DNA of 62,968 nucleotides, counting the filler, from Chiloscyllium plagiosum (taxonomy: Eukaryota): NCBI RefSeq assembly GCF_004010195.1. It is 4 parts of one record of this genome, joined end to end, with 100 filler letters (N's around TTAATTAATTAA, not from the genome) between each part and the next. Parts side by side here need not be neighbours in the genome. Positions count along the whole stretch, not along the records: positions 1 to 22,810 come from NC_057713.1; 3 more parts are not named here. One strand, 5' to 3'. Made by a program: the position numbers and the translations under genes. Below, piece by piece: positions 1-13,420 of this stretch (the stretch's first letter is position 1; each line of letters opens with the position of its first letter). Under the pieces are notes generated by a model that worked only from the letters and a program-made list of their open reading frames with translations, did no database searches and was not told the DNA's origin.

Positions 1-118
1 AGTGTGTCAGTGTGTGTGAGTGTGTGTGTGTCTGTGTTTGTGAGTGTGTTTGTGTGTGTGTGTATGTGAGTGTGTTTGTGTGTGTGTGTGTATGTGAGTG
101 TGAGTGTGTGAGTGTGTC
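1..118. repeat. (TG)n-type microsatellite
   Basis: Direct reading. Confidence 0.9.
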
Positions 119-544
119 TACCTGATTTGACCTTGGAAATCAAAGAGCTGAGATCTAGGGAAACCTTGAGCCTATCTCCGGTGAAAGGCTGCGAGCAAGA
201 GGATGCCTCATGAGGGAACGTCAAAGATGACAGGATAGTAATATCAGTTTGGGACATTACTTAAGCTGAGCACAAAAGGTCAACAGGACACCAACTGAGC
301 AAAGCAAATTGGAACTAAAATTAACAGGCTCTTAACAAAAGAAAACGGTATGTTCGATACAAAGAATTAATTCCAGGTTAACCAGGAAAGCAGCAATTGT
401 TAAGCTTCATTTAAGAAATGGTAGAACACTATAATGGGGAACAGCCCTTTTCGATCTGAATGATTAGAAAGACTTCCCTCATTGGCTAAATGACATTGTC
501 TCATACTCGCTTTCTGACACGATATGACCCTGCAGCAGAGTTAA

Positions 545-670
545 CCCTTGGAGTTCTGTGCACTATTTAATCCCTCAATCAACATCACAAAACAACCAAT
601 CTGTTCACGATCACATCGCTGTTGGTAGGAGTTTACTGAACACAACTGACTGCTATATCCCGACATTATT
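545..670 (+). mobile_element. Deu-domain SINE fragment (AmnSINE1/SacSINE1-like)
   Basis: tccctcaatcaacatcacaaaac...tcacatcgctgttggtaggag matches the Deu domain as I recall it; a likely continuation lies at 1291-1370 (cagtgactacacatcaaagtacttcattgg). Confidence 0.55.
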
Positions 671-1633
671 AATGATATAAACAGAGACACAATAGTGTCA
701 AGGCTTTTCAGCATCAGGCCATGTGTGTAAATGTGAAATTTAAAGATGGTAACACTTTTTCTGTATCGGGAAAGATTACTGAATGATTGGCACATCTGTT
801 CAGTTTATCCCTGGCATTACATAAGCCAAATACAGGGAGCTTTTGTTTAATTCACAATAATGTGTAAGACCGAGGCAAATTCCTTTCACTTCAGGATGAG
901 GATGAGTAACATCTTGAAAGTGTGAGCGGGCCACATTACAAGCTCAACTGTCCAATGCTAGATGTGATTCTGTGACTGGACAGCACTTACCGAACAATCC
1001 TAAGTGTTCCAAGAATTGCACTAACAATTAATTGAGGATGTCTTCACGGTGTAACTCACTGCCACCTTGATACAGGTTACAATAAACAGGGACCTGCAAA
1101 CTTGGTGCCGTTTCAGAATTGAACAAAAATGGGTGAACGATAGCTCCATCCAATCAGCACCCTTTCCTCATATACTGTCAATTTTCATTCATTTGAACTT
1201 TTGAATTCTTGTTTCAGTCCTGATGAGGGCAAGACCAAAAGCCACAACATCATGTTTGTCTTTTTGAGTAAAATTCAACTTCTGTCCAACTAGGCAGGCG
1301 TTTCCTCACAGTCACTCTCACAGTGACTACACATCAAAGTACTTCATTGGTTGTCAATTACTTTGCAACTTGAAAACTGCTTTATTAATTCAAGCCTTTC
1401 ATTTTCTTCTCCTCTTACAACTGGAACACTCGAGTTGCTGGCAGTGAAATGCTGAGATGACATGGGTGCACATCCCCCGGACACTGCACTTACAGCCGAA
1501 CCAATCGGTGAAAAGGACCAGCCCCTGGGGAGAGACAGCGTGAGGAAAGGGAGCTCCTGCACTCTCAGGCTGGTCCTCCTCAATACTTGTTCTTGATGGA
1601 TTTCTCAGTGAGTTTATCAGCAACAGACACAGC

Positions 1634-2446
1634 AGAGGAACAGCCTGTAACCAGGGGAACAGCCTGTAACCAGAGAAACAGTGTGTAACCAGGGGAACAG
1701 CCTGTGACCAGGGGAACAGCCTGTGACCAGGGAAACAGCCTGTAACCAAAGGAACAGCCTGTAACCAGGGAAACAGCGTGTAACCAGGGGAATAACCTGT
1801 AACCAGGGGAACAGTCTGTAACCAGAGGAATAACCTGTAACCAGGGGAATGGCCTGTAACCAGAGGAATGGCCTGTAACCAGAGGAATAACCTGTAACCA
1901 GGGGAACGGCCTGTAACCAGGGGAACGGCCTGTAACCAGAGGAATAACCTGTAACCAGACGAATGGCCTGTAACCAGGGGAACAATCTGTAACTAGAGGA
2001 ACAGCCTGTAACCAGGGGAACAGCCTGTAACCAGGGGATCGGCCTATAACCAGGGGAACAGCCTGTAACCAGGGGAACGGCCTATAACCAGAGGAACAGC
2101 CTGTAACCAGGGGAACGGCCTATAACCAGAGGAACAGCCTGTAACCAGGGGAACAGTCTGTAACCAGAGGAATACCTGTAACCAGGGGAACAGCCTGTAA
2201 CCAGGGGAACGGTCTGTAACCAGAGGAACGGCCTGTAACCAGGGGAACAGCCTGTAACCAGAGGAACAACCTGTAACCAGGGGAACGGCCTGTAACCAGG
2301 GGATCGGCCTGTAACCAGAGGAACAGCCTGTAACCAGGGGAACAGTCTGTAACCAGGGGAACGGCCTGTAACCAGAGGAACAGCCTGTAACCAGGGGAAC
2401 GGCCTGTAACCAGGGGAACGGCCTGTAACCAGGAGAATAACCTGTA
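1634..2446. repeat. 19-bp minisatellite (CCTGTAACCAGGGGAACAG)n, about 40 copies
   Basis: Direct tandem repetition with variants AGAGG/AGGGG and AACAG/AACGG/AATAA. Confidence 0.95.
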
Positions 2447-2584
2447 GGTTTCCTGAGATGGTGAGCTCCTTGAAACGATTGCATCATCTCTCATTTGCAG
2501 AGCGGATTATTTGCCTGTCCGCTGTGACTGTGAGCCCTCGACTGTATCCATTCATTATATTTCAATTTGAGCTTTTTTTTAAAG

Positions 2585-2893
2585 ATTCACTCACAAGGTG
2601 AGGGCGTCACTGACCAGGCCAGCATTTATTGCCCATCCCTAATTACCCAGAGGGCAGTTAGTGTCAGCCACATCGCTCTGGGTCTGGAGTCACATCTAGG
2701 TCAGACCAGGTAGGGAGGGCAGATTCCTTCCTGAGTGAACTCAGTGAGGTTTCTCCCCCTTGACAATGGATTCATGGTCATTGTACTTTTCATTCCCTAT
2801 TTCTATTGGAATGGAATTTCCCCATCTGTTGTGCCGGGATTCAAGCCCACGTGCCTGGAATGTAACCTGGGTCTCTGGATTCACAGCCCAGTA
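2585..2893 (-). mobile_element. tRNA-derived SINE, second family (3' tail shared with the LINE at 39152)
   Basis: ccagcatttattgcccatccct tail, tctggagtcacat core, decayed B box. Confidence 0.65.
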
Positions 2894-3039
2894 TCTGCCC
2901 CCCCCCCGCCCTGAAATCTGAAAGGTAGGAAAAGGGGTAGGAACGGTCTGTTTATGAAGGTGCCCTCACCAATCAGCAGAAAGGGTCTCATATAAAGGAG
3001 AGCTTTCTGTTTGTTTCAATTATTTTGAAAAAAAAGTTA

Positions 3040-3146
3040 TATCAGTTCTGAAGAAGGGTCACTGGACCCAAAACATTAACACTGCTTTCTCTCTCCCCAG
3101 GTACTGCCAGACCTGCTGAGTTTCCCCAGCAATTTCTGTTTTTTGT
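3040..3146 (+). mobile_element. PLE pLTR fragment with decayed hammerhead
   Basis: GTT-CTGAAGAA-GGGTC(ACTG)GACCC-AAAACATT-AAC followed by the ctgccagacctgctgagtt pLTR motif. Confidence 0.65.
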
Positions 3147-4642
3147 CAGCTAGACCTTTTGGTAATTTCAATGCTGTGGTCTCAATGAAGGGAATGTTTT
3201 CCTTGTGGCTCTGAGTTTAGTTCGGTTGATAATTCAGGATATTGATAACATCTTTTAATTCTGTTCCTGTAAGCCTAAGTACGTTAACACAAACAGAAGC
3301 AGGTAATGTTACCATGTGACTGCATCACCGAATAAAGGAGCTAATTAGAATGAAAAAGTAGGCCCTGTAAATCCTTTAAAGGGATCCTAAGAAATAAGGA
3401 AAGGTTCCCTACTTCAGAGCGATACAAAGAGAAATGACAAAACAGCTACTGGCTTCAGGAGAGCAGAGTGTGAGACAGGATTAAATTGAAGGAGAAAATG
3501 CAATACATTAATTAGTATTGTTGAAAATCCAAAATTCAAAAAGAGTGAACTGCTTCTAGCAATCACAGCATATCAAGGTAAAAAAGACAAGTTACAATTC
3601 CCGATTTAGCTGTCCAACACATTTCCTCGTCAAATAATTCCTATCCTGACATAGGTCTCCATCAGTTTCTGAATAGATATTTACGGCCAGCTTGATGATA
3701 TACAGGGGGTGTGGAGTTGGAGAGAGGGAAGGGAGGACTAGAAAGAGTTCAAAGAGTACGTCGCCCATTGTAATGTGAAGCCTCTGTATTAGCCATTTGG
3801 AATATAGCACATTAAATCTTTCTCCTTTGTTACTTTATCTGCCAATCAAGCAATGATATATGCAGTGCCCTTTAACTGAACCATGAATAATCACTTGGAA
3901 ATGGAAATAATTACTGACGGTAACCAAGGGATTATTGTGGCGATTAGAAGGAATTTCAGCTGCAGTCAGACTGGGCAGAAATGAGAGAGATCAACACCAG
4001 TCTCTTAAGTCACATCAGAGATCACTTCCAATTAGTCTCTACATTCTACTCAGTTTAAAATAATATTTTTGGAGGAAATTTACCATTAAATTTTGGGTTC
4101 ATGTAGTAAAGAATTTTCAGTGCTTTAAATGTTGATTCCCACTCTTCCTCCCCATCTTTAATATGACACAATTCCCTACAAAGTCAATACCTCGATTTCT
4201 CTAGCACTTCACTCAATGGTCCTGCTGGAGGTATGGGATTATACAGCAGGTTCAGCAAATGGGTTAATCCCAGGGAGACACCATCAATCTACCTCCAGAC
4301 ACACGACACAGCTCTGCACCAATATCCAGGGGAAGTCACTGCCTCTCAGTCGGAAACAGTGCTTGCCTCATTTTCCTTCTCTGTGCTGAGAGGAGCCGAG
4401 GTCACATGTAACATTTATATTGCTGTCCTGACTGAGGTCAGATAACCCAGAAGGTGTCTGGCACCGATGGTGCAGCATCCTTCTCTATATAACACCTCAT
4501 CCAAGAACTGGGCCACTGGCCTGGACATCCTCATGAGAAACTCCCAGACCATGCAGATTGCAAAGATGATTGAAGCATGATTTATTTTGAACATCACTTA
4601 CATGGTTTTGAAACTGTTAACTATCTGGAAGTTACAGCTACA

Positions 4643-4926
4643 GGGTACGATGGTGGCTCAATGATTAACATGGCTGCCTCACAACACAAGGGTCCTGGGT
4701 TCATTTCCAGCCTGGAGTGATTGTGTGGGTTTCCTCCTGTGGTCCAAATGATGCGCAGGTTAGGGTGGGTTGGCCATGCTAAAATACCCCTTGTACACAG
4801 GCGAGGTGGGTTAGCCATGGGAAATGCAGAGGTAGGGAGTGTGTCTGGGTGGGATGCTTTTCAAAGGGTCAGTATAGACTGAGTGGGCCAAATGGCCTGG
4901 TTCCCCACTGTATGGATATCTATGAT
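4643..4926 (+). mobile_element. HE1-type V-SINE (decayed)
   Basis: tRNA-like head, V-domain ggtttcctcc...gcaggttaggg...ggccatgctaaa, CR1-like tail. Confidence 0.7.
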
Positions 4927-6075
4927 AAGGAAAAACTAAAGGATGATTTACTTTGAAGATCAGTACACAGTCCAGCAGCATACATAGAGTCTTACAGAAG
5001 TACAGCATGGAAACACACTCTTCAGTCCAGCCCATGATGGTTAAAAAGCTACATGTTTCAAATGTGTGATGTAGCACATCCATTTTTAAAGTGGCTAAGC
5101 AAGACCACGTTTTGAGACATCAAATTGTGATGTTTCAGTCTTGTATCCCATTCTATAGTGTAGAAAACATCTGAATTAACCTTAAAGATTGTGCATCAAT
5201 GTAAGCTGACTCTGTACTGGAAATAAACGTCTTCAAATTGCCCTTGTGTTTGCTTTGCAATCTGCAGGTAAAAATCTCCATCTCTTTCACTTCACATCAG
5301 AGAAAACAATATGAAACCATTTCACAATTCAGCGCCTCTAATTCAGATCGGGTTCAGATCAGGCTAAAATGTGTTAACAAAAACCGAAACCTGAAGATTA
5401 AAGATGGGTACTGAGCTAATACTAAAATGTAACCAACATTGGGACACTGAGTTTGAGAATGTAATCACAGCTTCACTTTCGCTGGTCAGTGAGATGTGGA
5501 ATCAGCAGCAAAACATGAGTCTCTCGGCAAATCCCATCGGCAGGAATTCTGTGACTATTGCACAGCACCTTGTTGTTAGTTTTTCTGTTTATGTTCACCT
5601 GCATTTATTACAACTTGTTCTAACGTCACAAAATATCACAACACTTTGTTAATATTTTGGATATCGGGTGTTCCACTGCATATAACATTTGATCCTGCCC
5701 AGGAATAAAGCTTGGGGTTTTTCTTTGAGAAATATGAAGTCACTCAAAACAGTTCACGGCTCACTGAACAGCAGTTCAACAGTAAGTCGATCTGTCAGAG
5801 AGCGACTGAAAGTCAGAGAAGGTGACTCCATATTGCTGACGTTCACTAGCTCCATGCCCGAGGGAAAAGGCAGCCGTGAGGAGAGCAGTTCTGCTCAGAG
5901 CAGCAGCAGCGAGCTCGGATTCAACCAGTGACCAACGTCTGGCCTGGACCGACCAGAGTGAGGGTCAGCACCCACATGGGCTGAGCAGGTAGGGACTGTG
6001 CACAAGTATCAGCTGATCAGCACGCTCTCACACTCACACACACACACTCACACACACACACACTCACACTCACAC

Positions 6076-6760
6076 NNNNNNNNNNNNNNNNNNNNNNNNN
6101 NNNNNNNNNNNNNNNNNNNNNNNNNNNNNNNNNNNNNNNNNNNNNNNNNNNNNNNNNNNNNNNNNNNNNNNNNNNNNNNNNNNNNNNNNNNNNNNNNNNN
6201 NNNNNNNNNNNNNNNNNNNNNNNNNNNNNNNNNNNNNNNNNNNNNNNNNNNNNNNNNNNNNNNNNNNNNNNNNNNNNNNNNNNNNNNNNNNNNNNNNNNN
6301 NNNNNNNNNNNNNNNNNNNNNNNNNNNNNNNNNNNNNNNNNNNNNNNNNNNNNNNNNNNNNNNNNNNNNNNNNNNNNNNNNNNNNNNNNNNNNNNNNNNN
6401 NNNNNNNNNNNNNNNNNNNNNNNNNNNNNNNNNNNNNNNNNNNNNNNNNNNNNNNNNNNNNNNNNNNNNNNNNNNNNNNNNNNNNNNNNNNNNNNNNNNN
6501 NNNNNNNNNNNNNNNNNNNNNNNNNNNNNNNNNNNNNNNNNNNNNNNNNNNNNNNNNNNNNNNNNNNNNNNNNNNNNNNNNNNNNNNNNNNNNNNNNNNN
6601 NNNNNNNNNNNNNNNNNNNNNNNNNNNNNNNNNNNNNNNNNNNNNNNNNNNNNNNNNNNNNNNNNNNNNNNNNNNNNNNNNNNNNNNNNNNNNNNNNNNN
6701 NNNNNNNNNNNNNNNNNNNNNNNNNNNNNNNNNNNNNNNNNNNNNNNNNNNNNNNNNNNN
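6076..6760. other. Assembly gap (N run)
   Basis: N run beginning in a CA microsatellite. Confidence 0.95.
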
Positions 6761-7106
6761 ACCTGATTTATTCAGGAAGGTTCCTTTTTGCTTTTGATTG
6801 TGCTTTTTGCATCTTTTGATATGATTGGATCATTTGTTTGGGAGGAAGTGTAGAATAGAGGGAGGATGTCTTTCTGAAATTGGATTTGTTTGTTCTGAGA
6901 TTTTACTCTGTATGCACCACGATAATATTTGAAAATCATTTCACTGAGAAATAGATTGAAAGAATTGAAGATGAGTGAGTCAAATCAAACATGATATATA
7001 GATCCAAAAGAGGCACTTAATTCATTTGGACATAAAGGGAACATGTTTATCTGTTATGTCTGTAAGCAAAGATTTCAAGTAAACAATGTGAGTGGTAAAG
7101 TGCCAG

Positions 7107-7246
7107 CACAGACACACACGCACACACACACAGACACAGACGCACACACAGATACACACACAGACACACACAGACACACACACAGACACACACACACAGA
7201 CTCACACATACTCACACAGACACACACACTCATACTCACACACACA
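7107..7246. repeat. (CA)/(CAGA) compound microsatellite
   Basis: Direct reading. Confidence 0.9.
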
Positions 7247-7440
7247 GTTTACTCTGTTTTTACGTCACTTGAATTAAAACTGTGAAATTTTAATGTAACA
7301 AAGTTTCTGGTCCCCAATCACATCATAATGTAAATTTAGCAGGTCCCCCTCCCCTTCAGGATCGGAACATACATTTCGGGTCTTGTGCTGGACTGTGGCA
7401 TTAAGGGGGTATGACCATCATTCACATCGATCAGCATATC

Positions 7441-7869
7441 CGAGTCAAAAGGTATGGTGTTGGAAAAACACAGCCACTCAGGCAGAATCCAAGAAGCAGA
7501 AGAATCGATGTTTTGGCCATCAGCCCTTCATCAGGAATGAGGCTTGTGGGTTTGGGGGCTGAGAGAGAAATGGGAAGTGGATGGAGCTGGGGACGGGGGA
7601 AGGTAACTGAGAAGCGATAGGTAGATGAAGGTGAGGGGATGATGGTGATAGATCAAAGGGGAGGGTGGAGTGGATAGATGTGAAGGAAGATGGACAGGTA
7701 GGACAGTTCAAGAGGGTGGTGCTGAGTTGGAGGGTTGGATCTGGGATGAAGAGTTTATGCTCGAAACATTGACTCTCCTGCTCCTCGGATGCTGCCTGAC
7801 CTGCTGCGCTTTTCCAGCACCAAACCTTTTGACTCTGATCTCCAACACCTGCAGTCCTCACTTTCTCCC
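7441..7869. mobile_element. PLE-derived element with inverted pLTR termini (older copy)
   Basis: Minus pLTR at 7441-7540 and plus pLTR at 7745-7869 around a purine-rich PLE 3' UTR; decayed hammerheads; degenerate TSD tcagcatatc/tcggcacatc. Confidence 0.7.
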
Positions 7870-8084
7870 AGTCGGCACATCAGTCGCATCACATCGAGTC
7901 AGAGAGTCATACAGCACTAAAATCGACTCTTCTATTCAACTCAGTCATGTGACCAGGCTTCCCAAACTAAACTAAATGAATCCCATTTGCCTGCACTTGG
8001 CCCAAATCCCTCTAAACCTTTCCTGTTCATGTGCCTGTCCAAATGTCTTTTCAATGTTGTGACTGTACCTGCATCTAGCACTTC

Positions 8085-9285
8085 ACACGAGGTACTGGAC
8101 CCTTGACTTAAGGAAGGATCTAGAGAAAGTTAAATTCTTCAAAGAGCTTGTTTATAAAAAGGAGTCAGTAGTACTGCAGTAAGAAGTCATATTTAAAAGG
8201 TGTTTGTTCAGTTAGCACAAGGTATATTTATGATAAAGGTCAGGACATGTCGAGTCAGGGGCATATCGCTGAATGGATAGCACATTAGATAAAAATTAGG
8301 AAATAGAGTGAAGGTTTATAAAGTAGTTATTCAGATTGGAGTTAGGTAGTAATACTTCTCCAGAGGAGATCACTGCTGCTTGTAATTAAATCAGTGATTT
8401 GAATTAAGAAATAACTAACTGAATATCAAAATCTACAGATGATACCAAACTGGGGGTTTAGGAAAAATAAACAGTATATTACAAGAAGGAATTAGAAAAC
8501 TTGCCAAGAGGTAACAAAGTGACAGATGAGTTAACTGAGGTGATGCACTTCAGTCACAAAAATAATAACATCACCTAAACCTTTGAAAATAAGGAACAGA
8601 ATGTGTAGAAAGCAAAGGAGTCGAACAATACAGGGGAACAAAGCCAATCACAGATCACAAAGCAGCTGAAATGTTAACAAAGCAATGATTTATTGTTAAG
8701 GTTAGAGAATTGAAAAGTAGTAAATTCTGTTCAACTTGAATAGAACTCTGGTCAGATGGTACTTGGGGGGTACTGTGCACTGTCTGGTTTCCATAAAGAG
8801 GACAGAAACCACTGAAGAAAATGCAAAGAAAGATTTACAAGGATAGTAACAGAGCTGAAATGTTACAGCTAACAAGAAGAACTGACAAGTTCAGAATTTC
8901 TTTTTCTTTAGAAAGAAAACATTTACTGGTGACATTTATTGGTGTTCCTCCAAGTTCTGAAAGAGTTTGACAGGGTCAGCATGGAGAGGAGACTTTCCTT
9001 GTGGGAGAATTGAAGATGAGGATTCAGAATTATGAGTCATTAATAAACACAAGATTGGAAAGTGAGGAGCAACATCTTCACTTGAAGCATACTTAGAATA
9101 TGGATCTTATTAACACGGGAAATGGTTATTGTTAGTGGCTTAGAAAGTGCTTTCAAAAGGAAACTACATTGTAGATAGGAAAGAGATATTGAGGGACTGA
9201 GATGGAGTAGATGGAAGGAATGAGGGGTGTGGTTTATAAAGAACTGCATAGATCATTTGAGCCAGATGGCCTATCTTTGTGTTAG
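8085..9285 (+). mobile_element. Old CR1 LINE ORF2 3' fragment
   Basis: Decayed KSTDDTKLG (FADDTKLG), LVRxYL motifs and CR1-type 3' UTR. Confidence 0.6.
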
Positions 9286-9867
9286 ATAATTAACGCATTG
9301 TCACAATGCTGTACATGATGACATTCTCTATGTGCATCCATTCTTTGTACTGAGTAAGACAGCAATCTATGAGTGATAGCATTTATGGACCATGCAGTTT
9401 GAAGTGTTGCTAGGAAATGACATACAATTCTGCTCAATAGGGGAGGGACTATTGCAAGGTTTTTGTCAGTGAGTCAAGTCAGTTCAGGAGTCACCGCAAG
9501 AAGACCAAGGTTACAGGCAATTGAGTAAATCAATGAAGGTGTGAGCTAGAAACAGAGAGGACAGTACACGTTAGACTTTTTTTTTAGCTGTATTACTATC
9601 AAGGCAAGTTAACGGCATGTTTTATATGTAGAAGACTGTCAACATTCATGAGCAGATGCCCTCTGTTGGAGTCCAGGCTCAGGGCTGGCCTGTGAGCTGT
9701 GAAATTCTCAAAAAAACCTTGTGTAGAATTAACAGTTCAGCATGTCTGAGAGTGAAGATGAAAAACCCACTAAAACTGATTGCAGGATGCAACTGAGCTC
9801 AGAAAACTGAGCTTGGGTGATCTGATAGAGGTTTACGACATCATAAAGGATATAAATTGAGTAAAAG

Positions 9868-9995
9868 TCACAACCACCTGATGAAGGGGCAGTGCTCTGA
9901 AAGCTAGTGCTTCCAATTAAACCTGTTGGGCTATAACCTGGTGTTGTGGGATTTTTAACTTTGTACACCCTGGTCCAACACCGACATCTCCAAAT
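9868..9995 (+). mobile_element. PLE-derived short repeat (AGCU-hammerhead family)
   Basis: ccacctgatgaagg...gaaagctagtgcttccaattaaacctgttgg...ccaacaccgacatctcc; related inverted copies at 25676-25885. Confidence 0.6.
9875..9911 (+). ncRNA. Minimal hammerhead ribozyme motif, second (AGCU) family
   Basis: CAC-CUGAUGA-A-GGGGC(AGU)GCUCU-GAAA-G-CUA|GUG: stem I CAC/GUG, palindromic AGCU. Confidence 0.65.
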
Positions 9996-10777
9996 TGTTC
10001 TTATCTATCACCTTTTAATCTTTCCAATCATCTTTTGTGTATTTCAGTAGCCACAGCTGTGCACAGTATTCCACATGTCCTTGTATCAATTATGTGGAAA
10101 GTGACCAATTAGTTCACCATTTAACCGTTAACAGGTAGCAATGGCTGATTTATTTATTCCATTCCTCTTAGTTTTGTTCTGGTGCCTCCAATTTATCGTT
10201 AATCATGACCTCCAAATCTCAATCATTCCCCCTGTATATTTTAGACATTTACATCCCTTCTGAGAGGTTGTTTTTCATGCCCATCTAAAGGACTCTGATT
10301 TTTATTTACATTGAATTTGCCACCTAAATACCCATGTAACCAATTTCCAGGGATATCCAAATCCTCTTGTAGCTCTTATCCACTTTGAGGTTTGGAGACT
10401 ACTACCTTCAGCAACTCGATCACCTGTAAAGTTAGCCGATAAGATTGTGACTCCTTGCCCCACATTATTCTGAAGCTCACTGAACAAACAGACCTCAGCG
10501 GGAATCCAGACATAACATGTTCCCAGGTTGTTCATGACCTCTATATAATTACATCTATCAGCCATTCAATCACATAGTAGTTATAGATCATTCCCAGGAG
10601 GAACTGGATCAAAGACCTGAGTGAAACCCAAATTCAACATACTCATTGACTTGACAAGCTCTTTTGTCATACTTTCAAAGAAAATAACTAACTTCAATTG
10701 ACACAAACTCTCCATCATGAATCCGCACTTGCTGTTCTTCAGAATTTTACTTCAACCCTCTGCTCCATACTCTCACT

Positions 10778-10852
10778 CTTCTATAATCTCACTCACTGTG
10801 GTCTTCTATAATCTCACTCACTGTGGTCTTCTATAATCTCACTCACTGTGGT
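10778..10852. repeat. 25-bp tandem repeat x3 (CTTCTATAATCTCACTCACTGTGGT)
   Basis: Three identical units. Confidence 0.9.
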
Positions 10853-10859
10853 CATCAAA

Positions 10860-13420
10860 GCCAATGGTCTGTAATCTAAAAAAAAGTGAATTGATTCTAT
10901 TTCACTTGCATGGGAAGAGTCACTATGGGTGGAAGTCAGAAACAGGAAAGGAGCAGTCACTTTACTGTGAGTTTTCAACAGATCCCCCAATAGAAACAGA
11001 CACACAGAGGAGCAGATTGGGAGGCAGATTTTGGAAAGTAATAGGGTCATTGTCCTGGGTGACTTTAACTTCCCTAATATTGATTGGAACCTACTTAGTT
11101 CAACATGTGGGGCATGGTGACACAGTGGTTAGCACTGCTGCCTCACAGCGCCAGAGACCTGGGTTCAATTCCCACCTCAGGCAAATCTCTGTGTGGAGTT
11201 TGCACATTCTCCCCGTGTCTGTGTGGGTTTGCTCCGGTTTCCTCCCACAATCCAAAAAATGTGCAGGTTAGGTAAATTAGCCGTGCTAAATTGCCCGTAG
11301 TGTTAGGTGTAGGGAATAAGTCTGGGTGGGTTGCACTTCAGCGGGTCAGTGTGGACTTGTTGGGCCAAAGGGCCTGTTTCCACACTGTAATGTAATCTAA
11401 TCTAAATAGTTTGGATGGAGCAGTTTTGTCAGGCGAGTCCAGGTAAGGTTCCTGACACAATATGTAGATAGGCCGACTCGAGAGGAGGATATTGGATTTA
11501 GATCTTGGCAACGAACCATGCCAGGTGTCAGATCTCTCGGTGGGAGGCCATTTCGGTGATAGTGAACACAGCTCCCTGACCTTTACTATAGTCATGGAGA
11601 TGGACAGGAGCAGACGGCATGGGAAAGTATTTAATTGGGGGAGGGGGAATCACAAGGCTATTAGGCAGGAACTGTGGAGCATAAATTGGGAACAGATGGT
11701 CTCAGGGAAATGCACAACAGAAATGTGGAGGTTGTTTAGGGAGCACTGGCTGTGAGTGCTGGATAGGTTTGTCCCACTGAGACAAGGAAGGGATGGTGGA
11801 TTAAAGGAACCTTGGATAACAAGAGATGTGGAACATCTAGTCAAGAGGAAGAAGGAAGCTTACTTAAGATTGAGGAGGCAAGGATCAGGTAGGGATTTAA
11901 AGGGTTACAGGTAACCAGGAAGGAACTGAAGAATGGACTCAGGAGAGTGAGAAGGGTGCGTGAAAAAGCTTTAGTGGGTAGGATTAAGGAAAACCCTAAG
12001 GCATTCTACACTTATGCAAGGAACAAGAGGATGGCCAGAGTGAGGGTAAGGCTGATCAGGGATAGTGGAGGGAATTGGTGCCTAGAGTTGGAGGAAGTAG
12101 GGGTGGTCCTTAATGAATGCTTCAGTATTCACTAGTGAGAGGGACCTTAATATATCTGAGGACAGCATGAAACAGACTGATATACTGGAACAGGTTGATG
12201 TTAAGAAGGTGGATGTGTTGAAAATTTTGAAAAACGTAAGGATAGATAAACCCCCTGGGCCAGATGGGATATACCCAAGGCTATTTACAGGAAGCGAGGG
12301 AAGAGATTGCTGCGCCTTTGGTGATGCTCTTTGTGTCTTCACTGTCCACTGGAGTAGTGCCAGATGATTGGAGGGTGGCAAATGTTATTTCCTTGTTCAA
12401 GCAAGGGCATAGGGCTAACCCTGGGAATTACAGACCAGTCAGCCTTACATCAGTGGTGGGCAAATTGTTGGAGAGGAAAATCCAGTTTGATTAGAGATAG
12501 TCAGCATGGCTTTGTGAGGGGCAGGTCATGCCTCATAAACCTTATTGAATTCTTTGAGAATGTGACAAAACACATTGATGAAGGTAGAGCAATGGATGTG
12601 GTGTATATGGATTTTAGCAAGGCGTTTGATAAGTTCATTCAGAATGTAAGGAGGCATGGGATATAGGGAGATCTGGCTGTCTGGTTACAGAATTGGCTGG
12701 CCCATAGAAGACAAAGGGTAGTGGTTGAGAAAAGTATTCAGCCTGGAGCTCGGTGACCAGTGGTGTTCCACAAGGATCTGTTCTGGGACCTGTTCTTTGT
12801 GATTTTTATAAATGACTTGGATGAGGATATGGAAGGGTGGGTTAATAAGTTTGCCAATGACACGAAAGTTGGTGGAGTTGTGGGTAGTGCAGAGGGCTAT
12901 TGTAAGTTGCAACTGGACATTGACAGGATGCAGAACTGGGCTGAGAAGTGGCAGATGGAGTTCAACCTGCAAAAGTGTGAAGTGATTCACTTTGGAAGGT
13001 CGAATTTGAATACAGATTATAGGGTTAAAGGCAGGATTCTTGGCGGTGTGGAGGAACAGAGGGATCTTGGGTCCATGTCCATAGATCCCTCTAAGTTGCC
13101 ACCCAGGTTGACAAGGTTGTTAAAAAAGGATATGATGTGTTGGCTTTCATTAGCAGGGGGATTCAGTTTAAGAGCCACGAGGTCATGCTGCAGCTCTACA
13201 GAGCCCTGGTTAGACCACACTTGGAATATTGTGTTCAGTTCTGGTCGTCTCATTACAGGAAATCTGTGGAAACTTTAGAGAGGATGCATGGCAGAAATGT
13301 CTATCGCGAGGGGGCATAAGTTTAAGGTGATTGGAGGAAGGTTTAGGGGAGATGTCAGAGGTAAGTTCTTTACACAGAGAGTGGTGGGTATGTGGAGTAC
13401 ACCGCCAGTGGTGGTAGTAG
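10860..13420 (+). mobile_element. CR1/HER1 LINE ORF2 (endonuclease plus RT, frameshifted)
   Basis: GDFNFPNIDW, HFGDSEHSSL, PGPDGIYPR, PDDWRVANV, NYRPVSLTSVVGK, QHGFVRGRSCL, YMDFSKAFDK, KFANDTKVGG, LVRPHLEYCVQFW. Confidence 0.9.
11107..11405 (+). mobile_element. HE1-type V-SINE inserted in a CR1
   Basis: A box tgacacagtgg, B box ggttcaattcc, V-domain, (taatc)n tail. Confidence 0.85.

Noticed and set aside
1399..2494. Repetitive ORFs (VTGCSPGYRLFPWLQAVPL...) and CRISPR-like periodicity
   Set aside because: These are translations of a 19-bp tandem repeat with no unique spacers and no cas genes, in vertebrate DNA.
5998..6819. 273-aa ORF
   Set aside because: Consists of a microsatellite plus an N gap.
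11107..11180. tRNA-like A/B boxes (also at the other HE1 heads)
   Set aside because: These are SINE heads continuing into V-domain and LINE tail, not tRNA genes.
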